Positions 24,937 through 32,000 of a stretch of 32,000 bases of DNA are shown in pieces. The stretch comes from Zygophlyctis sp. KS116. Taxonomy: Eukaryota > Fungi > Chytridiomycota. The position numbers and the translations under genes were made by a program. The stretch covers positions 5,011-37,010 of the forward strand of contig BAAFSQ010000085.1 in the NCBI GenBank assembly GCA_054661495.1, given 5' to 3'. The notes under the pieces are model-generated. The model made no database searches. It was not told the origin of the DNA and worked only from the letters and a program-made list of their open reading frames with translations. Position 1 is the first letter of the stretch. Each line of letters opens with the position of its first letter.

Positions 24937-25131
24937 CGGAGCACTCCTAATTATTAAACTCAGTTCCGATCATTTAATAATTATACTGTATCTATTTATC
25001 GACCGCCTTAATCTATGATCTGTGCAATGTATAATGTATTGATTGCATCTAATATTTGAATGCATTATATCTTAGAAAAGTAATGACATGTATTATATAT
25101 GCTCTGAAAGCATTCAACCCTCATAATTGAA

Positions 25132-25432
25132 ATGCGTCGAAGCCATCAGGCAATCATAGTTTTTGGTTTCTTGTCCTTATTAGGCTTAATAGGATTATAT
25201 CTGATTATAATCCCTTCATCGAAACATAATCCATGGCTCTCAGTACTTTCAGCTGTAAGATTTCATCTTATAACGATAGTTTCCGTACTGGTGTTTGGTG
25301 GCATTTGGATCTTATTCTCTGTCTTCCATCGGCTGGGCTCTAGTTAATTTTGGAACTTGTGATGCTGCTAAAGTAGAACTTTTGGAGGATATAAAGTCTG
25401 CTAAAAGAGAATTAAAGACGATTCTTGAGTAG
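25132..25432 (+). CDS. DPM3: Dolichol-phosphate mannosyltransferase subunit 3, 1 intron
   Basis: After intron 25255-25279 the frame reads FPYWCLVAFGSYSLSSIGWALVNFGTCDAAKVELLEDIKSAKREL. Two transmembrane segments plus a C-terminal helix, typical of DPM3. Confidence 0.88.
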
Positions 25433-25462
25433 TAATGACGTCTTCGAGATCATTGTTAAGAA

Positions 25463-27220
25463 ATGAACTCATTTCTATATCCTTCTGGAAATAAGAATAT
25501 TAAAGATAGCAAATACAAAAAAACAAAAGATGCGATGAATTCAGCTTTAGATAATTTAATGATGAGATCAGCCATGGGTGAATATCTTGGGAAGCATCCA
25601 CTTACTTCACTTGGTAAATAGAGCATATTAAATTGTAGCTATTTCCACTCCAGGACCACTGGATTATGAACCGAAATTGTGTAAATCAGAGATTGCATAC
25701 TCTATACTCGGGAAGAATAACGAGAAAATCGAAGATCAGTCTCCTGGGCCAATGAAGGTAATTTTGAACTATTAAAAATAGTATGATGTTGGATCAAACA
25801 AAGCAGGACTTTATAAAGGTCCAGAATGGAGTTTTGGGCATCGATTTGAGACAAAGCTTGGTATTATAATTTCATTAAAACTCAAAGTTATGGAGGATAC
25901 GTCTCATATCCCTTTTGGATCTGAGATGAAATCTGATTTTGGTAAAGATGCTAGAGCAGCTACTATATCAGGCTGGTTTAAATTATATGGTACTGGGTTC
26001 TGCTTAATTATAAAGGGGATAATAATCCAAGTCCAAATAGTTATCTGCCAAAAAATGAATTTGGACCCAATGGAACTGCACCAAAATTTACTTTTGGAGG
26101 TAAATATGATCTTTCTGGTATTTTAAGAATTGATAATCTCAGAAAATGTTACCCCTGGACCATTAGACTATGTAGAAAAGATAAAGAAAGAAGGTCGAAG
26201 TTGTACAATTGGTTCTCGTTTTAAACAGAGTTCTTTTATTAGAGAAGAAAAAGGTTAGAAACTGCAACTAATTATAATAGAATTAACTCCTGGTCCAAAT
26301 GCATACAATCCCAAGTTGTTTACTACAGAACAGGCCGCATCTCTTAAAGGACAACATAAGGAATTTACTAGTAATCATAATTCATTTTAAGGATAGTCCT
26401 CAATACTCCAGGTCCCGCAAATTACATTTTAACCCCTTCTCTATTTTCCGGACCACAATATTCGTTGACTGCACGAAATATTCCTTTTCAGAGTAAAATT
26501 CTTTTTTATTTTATCTTTTAGTTGGAAACACAGAAGATGATTACGTCGTAATAGCCCCAGGTCCTGCAGACTATGAGCCAAAAATCAATCTTACTAAGAC
26601 GAGTGTACCCATAGCCAGCTTAAAAGGCCGTTCAAGGCCTGAAAAAAGTATTTTTTTGGTTTTTAAATTATAGATCAGGGCGAATTCATACCTGGACCAG
26701 GTGCTTATCAACCAAAAGATCGACAAATAAAGGGGAATAATGCACCAAAGGCAACATTAAAAAGTCGTCACTTTGTAAAAGTAGAAGAAACACCAGGGTG
26801 CATTAATTTTTAAGACTAAAAATAGCCCTGGATATTATGATTCACATATTGCTGAAGATAAATTGCGACCGTCGCATGTGGTAAGAATCAGTAAGATAAG
26901 AAATGAAGGTAAAATCTTTTCTGTTAATTTCTAGATCGATTAAACTCAAACGAGGATATAACTCCTGGACCGTCTGATTACGTTTTTAAAAAATTGGAGG
27001 CGATCAAACCTGCCGGTCCATCATACTCTCTTGGAAAGAAATATACTGATCAAAAGCGTAAGTTTTATTCTATGCTTAAAAAAAAGAAAATGAAGTTCCC
27101 AGTCCAAATGAACATAATTCTCATGCAGACTATGTGATGCCAAAGATCACTCTCAAGTCCAGAGCTAGTGCGTATGTCCTTACCTTTCCTGTCGAAAGAG
27201 TAGATACACTCTTGGTTTAA
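25463..27220 (+). CDS. ODF3/SHIPPO-1 (STPG, PGP-repeat) flagellar microtubule-associated protein, 12 introns
   Basis: About 11 xPGPxxY repeats (TPGPLDY, SPGPMKY, TPGPNAY, TPGPANY, APGPADY, IPGPGAY, TPGPGYY, TPGPSDY). Introns 25614-25638, 25758-25781, 25861-25887, 25990-26015, 26118-26142, 26254-26280, 26371-26396, 26493-26521, 26648-26673, 26798-26825, 26909-26934, 27058-27086. Confidence 0.9.
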
Positions 27221-27489
27221 AAACAACACCAACAATCAAAAGGACAATCATTAGTATCACCCCCTTTTCCCACATTGAGTTCCTCTGCTGTGTAAATTAA
27301 GAGTCCATCCTTAGTTTTCCTCCTCTCTTTTCATTATTCCAAGCTAATCTTACTTTTCCCTCTTGAATCAGCAAAATCATCATCTGGCAATTTACTATTG
27401 ATCGGCTTCTTAAAATCTTTTGGAGGCTCCTCATCAGACTTTTTGGTTTTTTTAACCTTTTTAAATATCTCATCAAGCTCAGTCGTCAT
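27217..27489 (-). CDS. DUF1764-family small eukaryotic protein, 1 intron
   Basis: ELDEIFKK ... DDFADSRG ... RKTKDGLLIYTAEEL ... GGDTNDCPFDCWCCF*. Intron 27327-27353. Confidence 0.88.
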
Positions 27490-27518
27490 ACTTTTTTCAA
27501 AAGACAAATTTTATGAAA

Positions 27519-28357
27519 CTAATGATTCCAGCTAGCATTCTTTGCATTCATTGAATTCATAGCATCATAATTATTTAATGAATATCCATCATACTCCATT
27601 GCCACAGGACTTCCATAATGCATTACTGTCTGATAATTCACTGGACGGTCCGGAAAAGGAGAGAGTGCTTTTGAATTCATCAGAGGCCGCTTATTACTAC
27701 TAGTATCAATATCAAAATTCAATAGTTCGTCTAGATCTTTTTCTCTTTTAGATTGATTCCTTGCCCAGATAACAAAACCAATTAAAACTCCTACGCAGGC
27801 CAAGAGTATTAGTATTCCAAAAGTTAATGCAATTGTAGAAAGAAAGCTGGGAGGAGATGATTGTACTTTTTTAGGGATTGAAGAACTGCTAATGATAGAT
27901 GTACTAATAGATGTACTAATGCTGCTAATGGTTGTTGATGTAGGAGTAATTTCGCTAGTGGTTAACTTTGGAATAGATCCATTATATATTCTAAATGGTT
28001 CAGAGACTTGTACTCCTTGTCCATCACATAAAATCGGCCCAAGAACAAACCCATTCTTACAATCTGCCCAATATCCATTGATTTTTATCGGTCCTTGAAG
28101 TAATTCCTGATCTGACGGAACAGTCATTGTGCATGTTATTTTAAAAGATTGAGATTCAACATTTTTACAGATTGACCATTCATAGCCAGATTCAGATACA
28201 AGAGAGAGAGAGCCAAACATTGTTTTATTCAACTTTATAGATGGAGAAAAAGAGACAGACTCTGTCTCTCCAACCAACCAACCTCTTTCAAGATCAGTGA
28301 TTGTAACTAGTATGAGTAAAAATAAATTATACAAGATTTAGACAAGATTGAATTCAT
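27519..28357 (-). CDS. Single-pass membrane protein with Cys-containing beta-rich ectodomain and Ser/Thr stalk, 1 intron
   Basis: ATG 28357 joined by intron 28307-28332. TTSEITPTSTTISS stalk and transmembrane segment IALTFGILILLACVGVLIGFVIW followed by basic residues. Confidence 0.7.
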
Positions 28358-28376
28358 ATTAAAATTTTCATTAATC

Positions 28377-29000
28377 TTAGGCATAATCATCCTCTTCTTG
28401 TGCATTGATAAATTCAACTTTTGGTACAGGTTGTGGTAAGAATTTACTTGCCTTTAGTCTCCACTCTAAAGCAGATGTTGGAAATGAATCTTTATCTTCA
28501 GAGATTCCTTCAAATCCAATTATTTTATCAAAAGTAATTGCATCCTTGAAGCAAACCAGACATGGAAGCACTTGTATTCCTAATTTAGTAACCAAGAAAT
28601 TGCAATTTTCCACAAATATTTTTAAAAATCTAATCTCTGGATATTGTCTAGCCAATGTCTATTTTTTAAATAGCTTTTAGTACCTGTAAATGTTGATCCA
28701 TTATTCTACACCTTTTAAAATCTCTATGCGCAAAATGAACTACAACACGAGGAATTTCAGTTGTTAAATCCATCAGTGCCTTTTCACTCTGTACCAAATC
28801 ATATGAGCCATACTTTTCTGCTGCTGCCTTTTCAGCAGCGAAGTTAAATCTTTTGATTTAATTTTTAAAACTCACTCTGACTGTAATTCTCTCCGTCTTT
28901 TTTCCATTAAATCGCCAGGGACATCATCCCAGAATTCTTCATCAGAGAGCTCTCTATCACTGTCTTCATGGCTAAATTTAGTATGATTTGATTACATCAT
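28377..29000 (-). CDS. PLP1: Phosducin-like thioredoxin-fold protein (Plp1/TXNDC9 type), 3 introns
   Basis: VVVHFAHRDFKRCRIMDQHL, FLVTKLGIQVLPC, IIGFEG and LEWRL. Introns 28972-28995, 28850-28875, 28659-28683. The 5-nt first coding exon is inferred. Confidence 0.9.
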
Positions 29001-29015
29001 TTTTTGACACGTAAA

Positions 29016-29773
29016 ATGAAAATAGCAATCGTAACGGGGGCTTCTGGAGGCCTCGGCTGGGAATTATGTCTGCAATTGGATTCTACTGTAGATCGTTTTA
29101 TACTATGTGGTTCACAAGACTCTGCGGATCGGTTAAATGATTTAAAGTTGCTTTTAAAGTAATTTACTTTTTCTTAAATTCTAGATCAGACTGCTCTGTA
29201 TATTCTTTTGATGCGTCTTTGGGGGACACTGGATTTTTAAGTGAAAATGAAACATTGCTCAAACAGGCTGATGAAGTTTTAGCTTTTTGGTTGGCAGGAT
29301 CATTGGGGACTCTTGTTAGAATTCCAGATTTACAAGATATTGCGTCAACTCTAAATTTGAATATTACAGTCCCTATAATTCAGACTCGGGTATTACTCAA
29401 TCTTCTTGATTCTAAAACAGTTTTAAAAATTATTAATTTTTCATCATTGGCAGCACTAGAGCCATTTGATTGTTGGTCATTATATTGTACGGGAAAGTCT
29501 GCTAGGGATGCGTTTTTTAAATGTTTAGCTCATGAATCAGATATGGGATCAAGGACTGTAAGAGTCTTAAATTATGCTCCTGGACCATGTATTACAAGAA
29601 TGAAGGATCAGATACTAAATACCATGCCCAAAGTTCCTCTTAAATCTTCAATGGAAAAAATTTCATGGATCCCTGTAAAAGACTCTATACGAGTTTTATT
29701 AAAAGTTTTAGAAATGGGTCAGTTTGAAAATGGAGCTCATGTAGATTACTATGATGTTCAAAACCCTGGCTAA
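29016..29773 (+). CDS. SPR: Sepiapterin reductase-like short-chain dehydrogenase, 1 intron
   Basis: TGASGGLG, YCTGKSARD (YxxxK), VLNYAPGP and C-terminal GAHVDYYD. Intron 29159-29184. Confidence 0.85.
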
Positions 29774-29930
29774 GCGGGTAAACGATCCAGGCGATGATGA
29801 AACCATCTGCTCATCAAATTTTGCTTTTGCTGTGGAATTTTGTCAAAAATTGTGAAAATTTGTGATACAAATGAAAATTTTAAAAGGATATCAAGCCTAG
29901 AAGCAATTTTTATCTTGAAAAAAAAAAGAA

Positions 29931-32000
29931 ATGTTATTCATCAATACTGCGATCGCATTGACATTTTTGCCATCTATTCTCTCTGCCCCTGCATCATCAG
30001 CTGGAACTCTGGCTAGAGATGATCTTGAAGGTGGATTTTCTAATGATTTCATGACACCTATGGAAAGGGAAGATGAACTAAATGATGATTATGAATTTGG
30101 TCAAACAAATGCCAATTACAAGCATCGCATGCATGAAGCATCAGGTGCTGATGGAGATGATTTCCTCCAATCTAATACAGAGGTCAAAAAATCTATGGAT
30201 GATTATGAAGACTATGAAAGTCCACTGCAAGCGGGTCGTAAACAGCATTTTGATGATGATTTTGAAGATGAAGAAGACGACGATTATGAAATGTCTGCTC
30301 CACCACTAAACCCATCTGGTGGGGTTTCTGTGATGAATCCAAAACCTACCAAAACTACCTATACTGTAATGGTCAAGACTGGTGACAAATTGTTTTCAGG
30401 AACTCGGGCCCATGCTTTCATTCAATTCGGGGATGCAAATGGGAATAAAGTCAATACTTTCTTGAATAAGAACGCAATGTTTAGGTTACGTAGATTTAAG
30501 GCTCACAACATTGATGTTTTCAAGGTTACTACATATTCCAAGTTGGATGATGTTTGCACAATCACTTTAGGAGATGATTTTACAGGTGCTTTCCCTCAAT
30601 GGTATGATTATTAAAATCTAATTTTAAGGTATGTGGATTTTGTGACCATTCAACGTGATGGCGAAGCCTGGACATTCCCGGTCAATCAGTGGATTAACAA
30701 AAAAAATGGTGAGTCTGGGCGCCCATTTGTTACTGTGGATCAATGTGTTAAAAACTTTGAATTTGACAATGAAGTGCCCAATCCCGCTTATTCGGAAGAT
30801 GGCATGGATACTACTTTTGACTCTGAAAAAGATTTGATTGCTCAAACTAAGGTCAGCTTTGAGGATGAAGAAAATGATGAAAACAATTACATGATTTCGG
30901 ATTTGGGAGCTCAAACTACTTCCTCAACTTCTTGCACTGGAAGTAGCTCTGCAACTTCAACTCCATGCACTAAATCAGTTTTGCCAACACCTGTTTCTGA
31001 AGTATCTACTCCATGCACTAAATCAGTGTTGCCAACTCCTTTGCCAGAGGTATCTACTCCATGCACCAAATCAGTTTTGCCAACACCTTTGCCTGAAGTA
31101 TCTACTCCATGCACCAAATCAGTGTTGCCAACTCCTTTGCCTGAAGTATCTACTCCATGCACCAAATCAGTGTTGCCAACACCTGTTTCTGAAGTATCTA
31201 CTCCATGCACTAAATCAGTTTTGCCAACTCCTTTGCCTGAAGTATCTACTCCATGCACCAAATCAGTTTTGCCAACACCTTTGACTGAAGTATCTACTCC
31301 ATGTACCAAATCAGTGTTGCCAACTCCTTTGCCTGAAGTATCTACTCCATGCACCAAATCAGTGTTGCCAACTCCTTTGCCAGAGGTATCTACTCCATGT
31401 ACTAAGAGTGCAAACCCAACTCCAGTTCCTGAAAGTTACGGGCCAATTCTACCTATGACTCCTGAAGATGAAGACGATTACTCTTTTGGGCCTGAAGACT
31501 TTCCTGAATACGGACTACCTGAAACCCCTCTACCCGACTATGGTTACGGTCCAGCTCATACTCTTTTACCGGATTATCCAGAAGACATTTCAGAATATGG
31601 ACCAATTCCAACTGGACTTCCTTCTGTAATTCCAGATGATATATTCCCAGCTACTGGATCTTATGAAACCCCAGTACCAGCTCCTCGCCCAAAGAGAAAA
31701 TGTAGACAAAAGCCTACCCTTACTGGCTATGGAACTCCACTACCAGACTTCCCAGAGATCCCTTATGGAACTCCAGTACCTGATTACCCTGAAATCCCTT
31801 ATGGAACTCCACTACCAGACTTCCCAGAGATCCCTTATGGAACTCCACTACCTGAAATCGGATATGGAACTCCACTACCTGAAATCGGATATGGAACTCC
31901 AGTACCTGATTACCCTGAAATCCCTTATGGAACTCCACTACCAGACTTCCCAGAGATCCCTTATGGAACTCCACTACCTGAAATCGGATATGGAACTCCA
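29931..32000 (+). CDS. Secreted PLAT/LH2-domain protein with acidic N-terminal region and tandem-repeat C-terminal region (3'-truncated), 1 intron
   Basis: Signal peptide, then YTVMVKTGDKLFSGTRAHAFI...DVFKV...WYVDFVTI...FPVNQWI (PLAT pattern) across intron 30602-30628. The frame stays open to the window end. Confidence 0.88.
30957..31409 (+). repeat. Coding minisatellite, 48-nt unit (STPCTKSVLPTP[L/V][P/S/T]EV), 9 full copies plus 1 partial
   Basis: CTCCATG recurs every 48 nt from 30961 to 31393. Confidence 0.97.
31728..32000 (+). repeat. Coding minisatellite with mixed 36-nt and 27-nt units starting YGTP
   Basis: Units A=YGTPLPDFPEIP, B=YGTPVPDYPEIP and C=YGTPLPEIG occur in the order ABACCBAC and continue past the window edge. 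Confidence 0.95.

Noticed and set aside
25082-25108. SECIS-like ATGA...TGA
   Set aside because: The spacing is too short for helix II, and no nearby gene has an in-frame TGA.
28307-28334. Apparent signal peptide MYNLFLLILV of the 27519..28334 ORF
   Set aside because: It begins at TTG and is the translation of an AT-rich 26-nt intron (28307-28332).
1727-28680. Numerous short antisense or alternative-frame ORFs in the track (e.g. 1727-1951, 7744-8070, 10829-11011, 20603-20905, 28405-28680)
   Set aside because: They lie within well-supported genes on the other strand or frame and show no motifs.
29794-29800. Box C-like ATGATGA downstream of the SPR-like gene
   Set aside because: There is no downstream CTGA box D or terminal stem within the intergenic region.
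1-30628. Fragmented ORFs suggesting pseudogenes, frameshifting or an alternative genetic code
   Set aside because: Every break is repaired by a GT-AG intron that restores conserved motifs. TAA, TAG and TGA all act as stops.
30911-31974. Minus-strand repeat ORFs (VHGVDTSGKG..., VEFHKG...) and a CRISPR-like appearance
   Set aside because: These are antisense shadows of coding minisatellites. The units are contiguous with no unique spacers.

Overview
This is eukaryotic, AT-rich, extremely compact genomic DNA in the standard genetic code. It is most consistent with a zoosporic fungus (chytrid-like): fungal-type housekeeping genes sit beside a flagellar ODF3/SHIPPO-repeat gene. The ORF track is fragmented because genes are split by tiny GT-AG introns. 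By hand I reconstructed 22 protein-coding genes with 68 introns, of which 67 are 23/24-32 nt (mode 26). The one exception is a 138-nt intron in leucyl-tRNA synthetase that carries a box C/D snoRNA of the snR54/SNORD59 (U59) type. Intergenic gaps are often 15-50 nt, two convergent gene pairs share a TTAA as overlapping stop codons, and one divergent pair has only 15 nt between ATGs. Notable cargo includes two membrane-anchored plant-type GH35 beta-galactosidase paralogs with almost entirely different intron positions, a secreted PLAT-domain protein with Cys/Thr/Pro and Tyr-Gly-Thr-Pro repeat arrays, and an unknown protein with a thrice-repeated ~70-aa domain. All gene models and counts are manual and not confirmed by transcripts or database searches.
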